A DNA stretch of 64,000 nt. It comes from Thermoanaerobaculia bacterium. GTDB lineage: Bacteria; Acidobacteriota; Thermoanaerobaculia; Gp7-AA8. Numbering within the stretch: the first letter of the stretch is position 1; the number at the start of each line of letters is the position of its first letter. The notes beneath the pieces are model-generated. The model searched no databases. It was given only the letters and a program-made list of their open reading frames with translations, and had not been told where the DNA came from. A program made the translations under genes and the position numbers. Shown here piece after piece: positions 18,889-29,700 of the stretch. Where the stretch lies: contig OY970284.1 of NCBI GenBank assembly GCA_963715895.1, positions 2,441,484 through 2,505,483 on the forward strand. The letters run 5' to 3'.

Positions 18889-20064
18889 CTACGCCTCCCT
18901 GGCCATAGCCGACGCCGGCAGCGGCAGGGGAGCGCCGGGCTCGTAGCTGCAAAGGGGATCGTCGGCGAAGACGTTCCACTCCGTGGCCCAGGCACGGGCT
19001 CGTGAGCCGCCGCAGATCTGGCGGAACTCGCAGTGCCCGCATTTGCCTTGCAGATTTTTTGGATCGCGAAGAGCGACGAAGAGATCGCTGCCGCGGTAGA
19101 TCGATCCGAGGGGACGATAGCGGAGATTGCCGGCGCTGAAAGGAAGGAACTCGCTGGCGCGCACATCACCGGCGTGAGAGATGAAAACGAAGCCGCTGGC
19201 GCCGTTGCGCGCGGAATCCATCACGCTCTGCAGACCATCAGCATCGTTCGATTCGTATCCGCTGAAATCCGACCAGTTGGCGTTCGCGGCATTGTCGAGC
19301 CGGGCATCGAGAGAGCGTTGCAGACGAAAGCGCCGGTACTGTGGCGCTTCGACCACTCTGACCAGGAACTTTTCGCGTCCCCTGATTTCGTCGATCGTCG
19401 CGAATAGGTCTTCGGCTTCCTTCGCGCTGATTGCCGCGGCGTGCGAGCTCTTGAGAGGCACGAGAAAATAGAGATTCCAGCGAACGATCTCCATCGATCG
19501 GAGGAGATCCGCCATGGCCTCGAGATCGCCGGCGTTCTGCTTCGTGATCAGCGTGTTGACCTCGATGGCCAGCCCCGCTTCTTTGGCGAAGCCGGCGGTC
19601 CGCATCGTCAGGTCGAATGTGGCCGCGACGCCATGGCCGGCTTCATGAATCTCCGGCACGGAGCCGTCGATGCCGATGACGATACGGGTCAGGCCGTTGC
19701 GCTCGAGGTTGGCGATGGCCTCCGTGGTGAGCTGCAAAGTCGGGCTCACCACCAGCGCGGGATCGAGACCACGCCGCCGCGCGTAGTTGACGATCTGGTC
19801 GACGTCGCCGCGTTCCAGAGGATCGCCGCCGGTCATGATCAACTCCCGCGGACTCAGGCTGGCGATCTGATCGATCGTCTTGTACGCCTCATACGTGGTC
19901 AGCTCGTTCGTTCCGCGGCTCTCCGTTGCGCCGATAGTGCAGTTGCGGCAATGGAGATCGCAAGCTCGGGTGAGCTCCCACATGACCACCGGATGTGCTT
20001 CGAATGACGGCATGGTGACACGACGATAGGCGCGACGAGCGGCCCCGGCGATGACTGGGATCAT
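18889..20064 (-). CDS. radical SAM enzyme with C-terminal SPASM/twitch Cys cluster
   Basis: CxxxCxxC = CDLHCRNC in the ELTRACDLHCRNC context; C-terminal CGHCEFRQICGG...C. No adjacent precursor-peptide-like small ORF seen. Confidence 0.8.
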   Translation of the reverse strand: MIPVIAGAARRAYRRVTMPSFEAHPVVMWELTRACDLHCRNCTIGATESRGTNELTTYEAYKTIDQIASLSPRELIMTGGDPLERGDVDQIVNYARRRGLDPALVVSPTLQLTTEAIANLERNGLTRIVIGIDGSVPEIHEAGHGVAATFDLTMRTAGFAKEAGLAIEVNTLITKQNAGDLEAMADLLRSMEIVRWNLYFLVPLKSSHAAAISAKEAEDLFATIDEIRGREKFLVRVVEAPQYRRFRLQRSLDARLDNAANANWSDFSGYESNDADGLQSVMDSARNGASGFVFISHAGDVRASEFLPFSAGNLRYRPLGSIYRGSDLFVALRDPKNLQGKCGHCEFRQICGGSRARAWATEWNVFADDPLCSYEPGAPLPLPASAMAREA

Positions 20065-20108
20065 TTGGACCAGTGATGGGCATCACCAGGAGACGTGTAG
20101 AAAGCCGG

Positions 20109-20182
20109 CTCACGCGGAGGCGCGGAGGCGCGGAGAGAAAGACATGATGAGTTCTCCTCTCCGCGTCTCCGCATCTCCGCGT
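20109..20182. repeat. hairpin with GCGGAGRC-type heptad arms (30-bp stem, 12-nt loop) in the divergent rSAM / Pat-like intergenic
   Basis: tcacgcggaggcgcggaggcgcggagagaa / ttctcctctccgcgtctccgcatctccgcgtga. Confidence 0.7.
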
Positions 20183-20277
20183 GAAAAATGCGTCCGGTGA
20201 CACCCGTCACATGCCATCGTGACTACCCTCGCCTCCCCGAAAGAGCGTACAAACATACTGTCCACTCGGAGGCAGTC

Positions 20278-22959
20278 ATGACCGCAGTCGCGTATCCCAT
20301 GCAGTTCGAAGCCGATGTCGTTCTCCGGACGGGGCATACCTTGCACCTTCGTCCCGTCCGTCCCGATGACCGGGAGCGGCTGCTGGCGTTTTACGGCCAC
20401 CTCTCGCCGGAAAGCCTGCACGCGCGGTTCTTCGACCTTTGCACGCCCGAGCGGGCCCTGACCTATTCACCTGCCGACGTCGACTACGACCGCGAATTCG
20501 GCGTGATCGGCGAGAACCTCGACGGCATCGTGGCCGTGGCGCATTACTTCGCATCACGGCGCCGGCCGGATGTGGCGGAAGTCGCCTTCGCCATCGCCGA
20601 CTCCGGGCAGGGCCGCGGCATAGGAACGAAACTGCTCGAGGTGCTCATCGCCGCGGCGCGGACGCACGGCATCCATCGCTTCGAGGCGGACGTGCTCTCG
20701 GACAACGAGCGCATGCTGGCCGTCTTCCTGGACATGGGCTTCGTCACCGATACCGAGCTCGATGAGGGAACCATTCATCTGTCGTTTCCGATCGCGGCGA
20801 CAGCGCTGGCGGACGAGCGCGCCGCGGAGCGCTCGCAGACCGCGGCCGCCGCTTCGATGCGCGCCATCTTCGCGCCGCGCTCGATCGCCGTCATCGGCGC
20901 CAGCCGCCGGCATGGCCAGCTCGGGAACGAGATCGTCCGGAACCTTGTCGCCACCGGCTATCAGGGATCGCTGTTCGCGGTGAATCCGAACGCCGCCGAC
21001 GTCGAGTCGGTGCCGGCCTTTCCGAGCATGGCCGCCATCAAAGACGAGGTCGAGTTGGCCATCATCGCGGTGCCGGCCGCGTTCGTGGAATCGGTGCTCG
21101 ACGATTGCATCGCCAAGCATGTCAGCGCGGTGGTGGTCATCAGCGCCGGCTTCGGCGAGATCGGCCAGGAGGGGCGCGCCATCGAGCGGCGCCTGCTGGA
21201 AAAAGTCCGCGCCGCCGGCATGCGCATGGTCGGACCCAACTGCATGGGTGTCCTCAACACCGATCCCGAGGTGCGCATGCATGCCACGTTCGCCGCGGCC
21301 TTTCCGCCGACCGGCAACGTGGCCATGTCGAGCCAGAGCGGGGCCCTCGGCCTGGCGGTTCTCGACTACGCGCGTTCGCTGCACATCGGCTTCTCGACCT
21401 TCGTCTCCGTCGGCAACAAGGCCGACGTCTCCGGCAACGATCTCATTCAGTACTGGGCCGACGATCCGCGCACAGATGTAATCCTTCTCTACCTGGAGAG
21501 CTTCGGTAACCCGCGCAAGTTCGTGGAGATCGCGCGGCGGGTGGGCAGGCAGAAACCGATCGTGGCCGTGAAGGCGGGGCGGTCGGCGGGAGGCGCGCGC
21601 GCCGCGTCGTCCCACACCGGGGCGCTCGCCTCCAGCGACGCCATCGTCGACGATCTCTTCCGGCAGTCGGGCGTGATCCGCACCGATACCCTCGAAGAGA
21701 TGTTCGACGTGGCCTCGCTCCTGGCCAAGCAGCCGCTTCCGAAAGGGAACCGCGTGGCCATCGTGACGAATGCCGGCGGACCGGGGATCCTGGCTGCCGA
21801 TGCCTGCGACGCCAACGGCCTGGCACTGGCGCAATTGAGTGTGACTACGACAGACCAGCTCCGCGCGCTTCTCCCCTCCGCCGCGAGCGTCGGCAATCCG
21901 ATCGACATGATTGCCTCGGCCACCGCCGATCAATATCGAGCTGCGCTGCGGCTGCTCCTGGCGGACCCCGAGGTCGATTCGGTCATCGCCATCTACATCC
22001 CGGTGCTGGCAACGGAAGCAGCCGCGGTGGCGGCGGCGATCCAGGGCTGCGCGAAAGAGACGGAGGGGAAGACGCTGCTGGCTACGTTCATGGGAACAGC
22101 CGGCACGCCGATGCCGCTCGATCCTGTCCCGGCGTTTCCTTTTCCGGAGCGCGCCGTGCAGGCGTTGGCCGCGGCGACGCACTATGCCGAGTGGCGGAGG
22201 ACGCCGGTCGGGACCGCGGTCCGGTTCAACGACATCGACCCCATCCGCCTTCGCGCGATCGTCGATGCCGCGCTCGAGCGCGGCGGCGGCTGGCTCGATC
22301 CGATGGACGTCGCCGCCGTGTTGAACGCAACCGGTATCGATGCGCCGGCCATCGCTCTCGCTCGCAGCGCGGACGAAGCGATGGAAGCGGCGATCTGTAT
22401 CGGCTTCCCTGTGGCGCTGAAGGCATACGGTCCCGAGCTGCTGCACAAGAGCGAAGTCGGCGGCGTGAAGCTGTCGCTCCGCGACGAATCGGCCGTCTGC
22501 TCCGCGTACGAGGAGCTGGCCTCCTCCCTCGGCGGCCTGATGACCGGCGCGGTCATTCAGGCGATGGCGCCGGACGGGGTGGAAATGATGATCGGCGTGA
22601 CGCTCGACCCGGCCTTCGGCCCCGTCATCGCCGCCGGCGCCGGCGGAACCCTGGTCGAGCTCATGGACGACGTCGCCTTCCGGCTTCTCCCGCTGACCGA
22701 TGCCGATCCGGAGGCCATGCTCACCGGCCTGCGCTGCATGAAATTGCTCCGCGGCTTCCGCGGTGCAAAGCCGTCGGACATCCCGGCTCTGCACAACGCC
22801 ATCCTCCGCGTGTCGTCGTTGGTGGAGATCTGTCCCGAGATCCGGGAGCTCGACCTGAACCCGATCAAAGTCCGCGACTCGGGCACGTTGACGGTCGACG
22901 CGCGGATCCGCGTGGAAACGCCGGTCCGAACGCAGCCGTCACTGCGGATTGCGTATTGA
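20278..22959 (+). CDS. GNAT acetyltransferase fused to NDP-forming acyl-CoA synthetase (CoA-binding + ATP-grasp) domains; Pat-like protein acetyltransferase candidate with GNAT at the N-terminus
   Basis: N-terminus GNAT (VAHYFASRRRPDVAEVAFAIADSGQGRGIGTKLLEVLI). Then succinyl-CoA-synthetase-like CoA-binding (IAVIGASRRHGQLGNEIVRNL...MVGPNCMGV) and ATP-grasp beta domain. Good SD (ggagg) before ATG 20278. Confidence 0.8.
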   Translation: MTAVAYPMQFEADVVLRTGHTLHLRPVRPDDRERLLAFYGHLSPESLHARFFDLCTPERALTYSPADVDYDREFGVIGENLDGIVAVAHYFASRRRPDVAEVAFAIADSGQGRGIGTKLLEVLIAAARTHGIHRFEADVLSDNERMLAVFLDMGFVTDTELDEGTIHLSFPIAATALADERAAERSQTAAAASMRAIFAPRSIAVIGASRRHGQLGNEIVRNLVATGYQGSLFAVNPNAADVESVPAFPSMAAIKDEVELAIIAVPAAFVESVLDDCIAKHVSAVVVISAGFGEIGQEGRAIERRLLEKVRAAGMRMVGPNCMGVLNTDPEVRMHATFAAAFPPTGNVAMSSQSGALGLAVLDYARSLHIGFSTFVSVGNKADVSGNDLIQYWADDPRTDVILLYLESFGNPRKFVEIARRVGRQKPIVAVKAGRSAGGARAASSHTGALASSDAIVDDLFRQSGVIRTDTLEEMFDVASLLAKQPLPKGNRVAIVTNAGGPGILAADACDANGLALAQLSVTTTDQLRALLPSAASVGNPIDMIASATADQYRAALRLLLADPEVDSVIAIYIPVLATEAAAVAAAIQGCAKETEGKTLLATFMGTAGTPMPLDPVPAFPFPERAVQALAAATHYAEWRRTPVGTAVRFNDIDPIRLRAIVDAALERGGGWLDPMDVAAVLNATGIDAPAIALARSADEAMEAAICIGFPVALKAYGPELLHKSEVGGVKLSLRDESAVCSAYEELASSLGGLMTGAVIQAMAPDGVEMMIGVTLDPAFGPVIAAGAGGTLVELMDDVAFRLLPLTDADPEAMLTGLRCMKLLRGFRGAKPSDIPALHNAILRVSSLVEICPEIRELDLNPIKVRDSGTLTVDARIRVETPVRTQPSLRIAY

Positions 22960-23056
22960 TCGTCAACGCACTTCACCTTACGCGCTCTCCTCGGCGGCCT
23001 CTCGCCGGCTAGTGATGCCTGTGAAGCGACGCCCGGGGGCGTTCAGGTCATTCGCG

Positions 23057-23380
23057 CTTGGGATCACGCCACTCCCGAAGGCCTTCAAGATCACACGCGC
23101 GTGAGATTTGCGACTCGCGACGGTATTCAAGATCACACGCGCATGAGATTTGGGACTCGCGACGGTATTCAAGATCACACGTGCATGAGACTTGGGACCC
23201 GCGACGGCCTTCAAGATCACCCGCGCATGAGATTTGGGATCAGGGATCGCCTCGAGGTCATGCGTGTCTGATATTTGTCCCCATGCGATCTGGCCTCGAG
23301 GTCATGCGTGTTTGATATTTGCCCCCATGCGATGTGGACTGAGGTCTTACGCATCTGATATTGACCCCCGCGTGGTAGCC
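23057..23380. repeat. array of 42-44-bp tandem repeats: 4 direct units (ttcaagatcacACGCGCatgagatttgggactcgcgacggta) followed by 3 units in inverted orientation
   Basis: Units at 23083, 23126, 23168, 23210 (direct) and 23252, 23296, 23340 (about reverse complement). Not CRISPR-like: no unique spacers. Confidence 0.7.
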
Positions 23381-23475
23381 GTCACCTGTTCAGAATTCGT
23401 ATGGATGCGGCGTTGCCGTTTCCTAAAGGCAGCCAACTGCCTCTGGAAGGCAGGCAACTCTGGAGATTGGACGTT

Positions 23476-23705
23476 TGCGACGCCGCATTAGCGGCTCAAG
23501 AGGGTAGCCAGGGGTGCGAGCGTTTTTTGCGAGCACCCCTGGAACCCGATGCGATCTGAAATCGTGACGCGTCAGCGGCACCGGATGGAGTCCCCGGTTA
23601 CTCCAGTGCCGCTAACGCGGCACCAAACCATGCATCTCTTCACCAGGGGTGCTCGCAAAAAACGCTCGCACCCCTGGCTACCGTCTTGTTGCCGCTAACG
23701 CGGCG
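23476..23705. repeat. long inverted repeat (about 63-bp arms, about 100-nt spacer); each arm itself contains the hairpin ccaggggtg...cacccctgg with a T6/A6 loop
   Basis: Left cgccgcattagcggctcaagagggtagccaggggtgcgagcgttttttgcgagcacccctgg. Right is its reverse complement with 3-4 mismatches. Lies just 3' of the giant adhesin gene. Confidence 0.7.
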
Positions 23706-23747
23706 AATAGAGCGGCGGCTCGCACCGCCGCTCTTCCTTCGATTCCA

Positions 23748-26700
23748 TCAACCTCTTGGCCGGATGGCGATGGCGGCGGCGATGGCGAGGGTGAGCGCCA
23801 GAAGCATCAATGCGTAGCCGCTCATCGCCGGCACCTCTTCGAGCAGGACGACCGGGGCGGTCGACGAGTTGTTGGCGGGCACCGGATCTGTTTCGTTGCC
23901 CGAGACGGTGGCGGTATTGGTCATCGTTCCGGCCACGTGGCCGGTTCCGTGGATGACGATGGTGGCGGTGGCGCCGTTGGGGATCGTGCCGAGGTTGCAG
24001 GTGACGGTTGTCGTCCCGCTGCAGGAGCCCTGCGTCGGGGTGGCGGTCGCCAGCGTGAAGTTGGCCGGGAGGGGATCGGTGACTACGACGCCGGTGGCAG
24101 TGCTGGGGCCGTGGTTGGTGACGACGAGCGTGTAGTCGAACTGCGACTGCTCGAGCAGCGGAGTCGGTGCCGTCTTGACGATTCCGAGGTCGGCCGATGG
24201 TGTGCCGGTCGTGCCGCCGTTGCCGGTGTTGTCGGTGTTGTTCGCCGGGTTTGGATCGGGCTCGGTCGCTGAGGCGGTGGCGCTGTTGTCGAATGCACCG
24301 GCGGCGGTGATCGTGGCTGTAACGGTGATGGTGACGTTGGCACCCGAGGCAAGGCTGGCGATGGTGCAGGGAAGGGCCGCGCAGCCGCCGCCGGTGACGT
24401 TGGTAATGGTCAGGTTCGTCGGCGTGTCGGTGACCTGGACGTTCGTGGCCGTGGACGGTCCGGCGTTGGCAACGACGATCGTGTAGCTGATGGTCTGGCC
24501 ACTGGTAAAGGGACCCGTCGTCGTCAGCGTCTTGACCAGGGAGACGTCGGCCGATGCCGCGGCGGTACCGCCGTTGCCAGTATTGTCGGTGTTGTTGCCG
24601 CTGTTGGGATCGGGCTCGGTGGCGGAGACGGTGGCGGTGTTGTCGAACGAGCCGGCTGCGTTGATCGTTGCGGTGACGTTGATGGTGACGTTGGCGCCCG
24701 AGGCGAGGCTGGCGATGGTGCAGGGCAGAGCGGCGCAGCCGCCGCCGCTGACGTTGGTGATGGTCATGTGCGTCGGGGTGTCGGTGACCTGGACGTTCGT
24801 GGCGGTGGACGGTCCGGCGTTGGCGACAACGATCGTGTAGCTGATGGTCTGGCCGACGGTGAAGGGACCGGCGGTCGTCAGCGTCTTCACCACGGAAACG
24901 TCGGCGGAGGCGCCGGTGACACCGCCGTTGCCGGTGTTGTCGGTGTTATTGCCCGGATTCGGATCAGGCTCCGTCGCCGACACCGTGGCGCTGTTGTCGA
25001 ACGCGCCGACGGTAGTGATCGTGGCGGTGACGTTGATGGTTACGTTGGCGCCCGAGGCCAGGCTGGCGATCGTGCAGGGGAGAGCGGCGCAGCCGCCACC
25101 GCTGACGGTGTTGATGGTCATGTTCGTCGGCGTATCGGTGACCTGTATGTTCGTGGCGGTGGACGGTCCGGCGTTGGCGACGACGATGGTGTAGCTGATG
25201 GTTTGGCCGGCGGTGAAGGGGCCGGAAGTCGTCAGCGTCTTGACGACGGAGACGTCGGCGGACAAGGTCGCCGTGCCGCCGTTGCCTGTGCTGTCGGTGT
25301 TGTTGTTCGTGTTCGGATCGAACTCCGTTGCCGAGACCGTCGATGTGTTGTCGAACGAGCCGGCGGCGGTGATCGTGGCCGTGACGTTGATGGTGACGTT
25401 CGCTCCGGAGGCCAGGCTGGCGATGGTGCACGGCAGCGCGGCACAACCGCCGCCGCTGACGTTGGTGATGGTCATGTTCGACGGTGTGTCGGTGACCTGA
25501 ACGTTGGTCGCGGTCGACGGACCGGCGTTGGCGACCACGATCGTGTAGCTGATCGACTGGCCTGCGTTGAAGGGGCCGGCGGTGGTCAGCGTCTTGACGA
25601 CCGAGACGTCGGCCGAGGCGACGGCGGTGCCGCCGTTGCCGGTGCTGTCGGTGTTGTTGGCGAGGTTCGGATCGGGCTCGGTCGCCGACACGGTAGAGCT
25701 GTTGTCGAAGGCACCGACGGCGGTGATCGTGGCGGTGACGTTGATCGTCGTATTGGCGCCCGAGGCCAGGCTGGCGATGGTGCAGGGGAGTGCGGCGCAA
25801 CCGCTGCCGCTGACGCTGGTGATGTTCAGGTTCGTTGGCGTGTCGGTGACCTGCACGTTGGTCGCCGTCGACGGTCCGGCGTTGGCCACGACGAGCGTGT
25901 AGCTGATCGACTGGCCGAGCGCGTATGGCCCGGAGGTCACCAGGGTCTTGACGACCGACACGTCGGCGGAGGCCAGGGCGGTGCCGCCGTTGCCGGTGTT
26001 GTCGGTGTTGTTGCCGATGTTCGGATCGGGCTCCGTCGCGGAGACGGTGGCGCTGTTGTTGAACGCCCCGGAGGCGTTGATCGTTGCCGTGACGGTGATG
26101 GTGACGTTGGCCCCCGAGGCCAGGCTGGCGATGGTGCAAGGGAGTGCCGCGCATCCGCCGCCGTTGACGTTTGTGATGGTCAGGTTCGTCGGTGTGTCGG
26201 TGACCTGCACGTTGGTGGCCGTCGACGGACCGGCGTTGGCCACGACGAGCGAGAAGGTGATCGACTCGGTTTCCGTGAACGGCCCGCTGGTGGTCAGCGT
26301 CTTGACCACGGAGACGTCGGCCGAGGCGGCGGCGGTGCCGCCGTTGCCGGTGCTGTCGGTATTGTTCGACGGATCGGGATCGGGCTCCGTGGCCGACACG
26401 GTAGCGGTGTTGTCGAACGAGCCGACGGCTGTGATGGTGGCGGTGACGTTGATGGTCGTGTTGGCGCCCGAGGCCAGGCTGGCGATGGTGCAAGGGAGTG
26501 CGGCGCAACCGCTGCCGCTGACGCTGGTGATGGAGAGGTTCGACGGTGTGTCGGTAACCTGCACGTTGGTGGCCGTCGAGGGGCCGGCATTGGCGACGAC
26601 GATCGTGTAGCTGATCGTTTCGCCGACGGTGAACGGTCCCGCGGTGTCGAGGGTCTTGTCGACCGATACGTCGGCCGAGGCGCCGGTGATGCCGCCGTTG

Positions 26701-29700
26701 CCCGTGTTGTCGGTGTTGTTGCCGGGATTCGGATCGGGCTGCGTTGCCGACACCGTGGCGCTGTTGTCGAAGGCGCCGGGGGAATTGATCGTGGCGGTGA
26801 CGGTGATGGTGGCGTTCCCACCCGCGGCCAGGCTGGCGATGGTGCAGGGGAGGGCCGCGCAGCCGCCGCCGGTAACGTTGGTGATGGTTTCGTTCGTCGG
26901 CGTGTCGGTGACCTGGACGTTGGTCGCGGTGGCCGGACCGGCGTTCGCTACGAAGATGGTGTAGGTGATCGACTGGCCGGAGGTGAAGGGGCCGCTGGTG
27001 GTCAGCGTCTTGACCACGGAGACGTCGGCCGCGGTGGCCAGGATGACCGTCGTGCTGTCGCTGTTCGAATTGACACCCTGCACGGTGGCAGTGGCGGTGT
27101 TCGTCACGGAAGCGTTGGCGATGTCGGTGCCGGTGATGATGTAGGCCGCCGTGCAGGTGATCGACTCGCCGGGATCGAGGAAGTTGTCGAGATCGCCGAC
27201 CGTCGAGACGGCCGGGCAGGTCACGGTGGCCTTGTTGTCGGCGACGGTGACCGGACCCTGGAGCGGTGCGGAGCCGCTGTTCGTCACCAGGTAGTTGTAG
27301 TGAATGGTATCGCCGGGGTTGAGGTAGGTCGTCTCGACGGAGGTCTTGTCGAGCGTCAGGCCGGTGGTGGCGTAGGTGGCGGAGGAGTTGGCGGAGTCGT
27401 GCGGCGTTCCGCTGAACGTTCCGGTGGCGTGGGCCGTGTTCGTGTGCGATCCGGGTGTGATCGCCACCGGGCCGGCCACGCAGGTGATGATGTGGTTGTC
27501 GTTGGCCGCCACGGCCACGGGAAGGGTGACCGAGGCGAATCCGGCGTTGCACCCCGAGACGTCGATGGTGTCGTCGGTGATGCTGATCGGGCTTAGCGGA
27601 ACGTCGCCGGTGTTCTCCACGGTGAAGCGGTAGAAGACCGGGCCGGAGCTGAGCGGGAGGAAGATCGACCAGGGGCCGCTGGCGCTCGCGCTGATCTGTT
27701 TGAGCAGTGAAATGGAAGGATGGGGCGTGCCGGCGTCGAGCGATCCGCTGGCGGTGTTCCCATTCACGGTGGCGGCGTTGATGATGTACGAGACGTTGCC
27801 GCTGGTGTTGTTATAGGTCCCGACCGCGGGGACGGTGACCTGAAGGCTGACGGTGCAGATGCCCCCGCCGGCGATCGTTCCGCCGGAGAACGAGATCGAG
27901 CCGGCGCCGGTGACCGGCGAGAAGCTGGGAGCGCCGCATCCGGACGTCGCCGGCGACGGCGACGGTCCCACCGTCATCGCTCCGGGAGATGTGGGGAAGG
28001 TGTCGGCGAAGGCGACGCCGCTGATGGCGTCGTTCTGATTGGGATTGGTGATGGTGAAGGTCAGGATCGACGTCCCGCCGGCCAGGATCGGCGTCGGATT
28101 GAATCCCTTGGCGATGACCGGCGGGACGAGCGCGGTCAGGGTTGCGCTGCCGACGCTGCTGATGTTCGTCCCGCTCTCGGTCGTCGAGAGGGTGCCGCTG
28201 ACGTTGCCGTGCGGTCCGGCGCTCGTAGCGGTGACGTGGACGCTGACGGTGCACGAGCCGCTGGCGGGGATGGTGCCGCCGCTGAACGTCAGCGACGTTG
28301 CCGCGGCTGCCGGTGCCCAAGTACCGCCGCAAGTCGTGCTGGCAGTCGGCGTAGCCGCGACCTGCACACCCGAGGGGAGCGAGTCGGTGAACGCGGCGCC
28401 GGTGAGCGCGGCCGTGTTCGTATTGGTGAGCGTGAACGTCAGCGTCGAGACTCCGCCGGCCGCCACCGGATTCGGCGAGAAGGCCTTGGCGATGGTCGGT
28501 TGAACCGCGGCCTTGCAGCCGGTGAAGGTGACGTTGTCGATGTTGCTGTCGGAGCCTGCGTTGGTGTTGCCGGAGTTGTACGGATAGATGCGGAAGAAGG
28601 TGAGACCCGACGAATTGAGGCCGCTGTTGACGGTGATCGGGCCGAAGGATTGCCAGGTGTTCGTCGACGTGATGGCGGTGGCGCTGTTGAAGATCGACGC
28701 CGCTGGCTCGCTCGTGCCGGCGCCCTTCGTCGTCGTGCCGAAGAAGACGGCCAGTCCCTTCGGGCCGTTCGGTGTCTTTTCCAGCGCGTCGAAGTTGAGC
28801 GTGACGCTCGATACGCCCGTCGTGTTGATGGCGAACTCGTAGTAGTCGTCGTTCGCCGTGACCAGCGTGGTGCCGGTGGTGATGGCCCCGTTCGATCCCC
28901 ACGACGAGGTGCCGTCAGCAGTCGTCGAGCTGTTCGTCGCCTGGATGGTCGGGTTCGACAGACCGGGGCCGGGCTCGGCCTGCGCGGTGCCGACGTTGTT
29001 CGTCGACGGTGCCGGCGAGGTGAGCGTGAAGCCGGTCGGGAACGTCCACTTGGCCAGCGTCAGACCGCAGAGCCCCGTTCCCGGAGGCGGCGCGGTGTTG
29101 ACCGTCAGCGTCGCCGTGGCGTTGTGGCCGGTGTCGGTGGTGTCGATGAAAAGGTGATTGGTGGTATTGACCAGCGATCCGGTCGCGCTCGGGGTGACGT
29201 TGACCTTGATCACGCAGTTGCTGTTGGCCGCGAGCGTGCCGTTGGAGAACGAGATCGAGCTCGATCCGGCGGTGGCGGTGAGCGTCGGCGCGCCGCATCC
29301 GCTGGTCGTCGCTCCAGCCGGATTGGCAACGAGGAGGTTCGCCGGAAGGTTGTCGACGAAGTTGTAGCCGCCCACCGTGCCGCCGTTCGGATTCGTGAGC
29401 GTGATCGTGAGCGCGGAGACGCCGTTCAGCGACGTGGGGTTGGGGCTGAAGCTCTTGGCGATCGTGGCCGAGGTCGGATCGATGACGTTCGCGATCCGGG
29501 CGCCGGTGGTGAAGTCGCCGTTGTAGTGGTAGCTGCTGCCGGAGAAGTCGTAGAGCAGCGTATTGAGGGGCTGGCTGGTGCCGCCGCCGCTCACGACCTT
29601 GATCGTGTACGTGGTGACGACGTTGTTGCCGCCGGCCTTGAAGTCGCCGCCGACACAGGAGCGGTAGTTGGGGCTGTTGGGATCGTTCTCCCAGAGGCAG

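Noticed and set aside
23057-23380. Possible CRISPR array (regular about 42-bp repeats)
   Set aside because: Units are contiguous with no unique spacers, change orientation mid-array, and there are no cas genes. It is a tandem/inverted satellite, not CRISPR.
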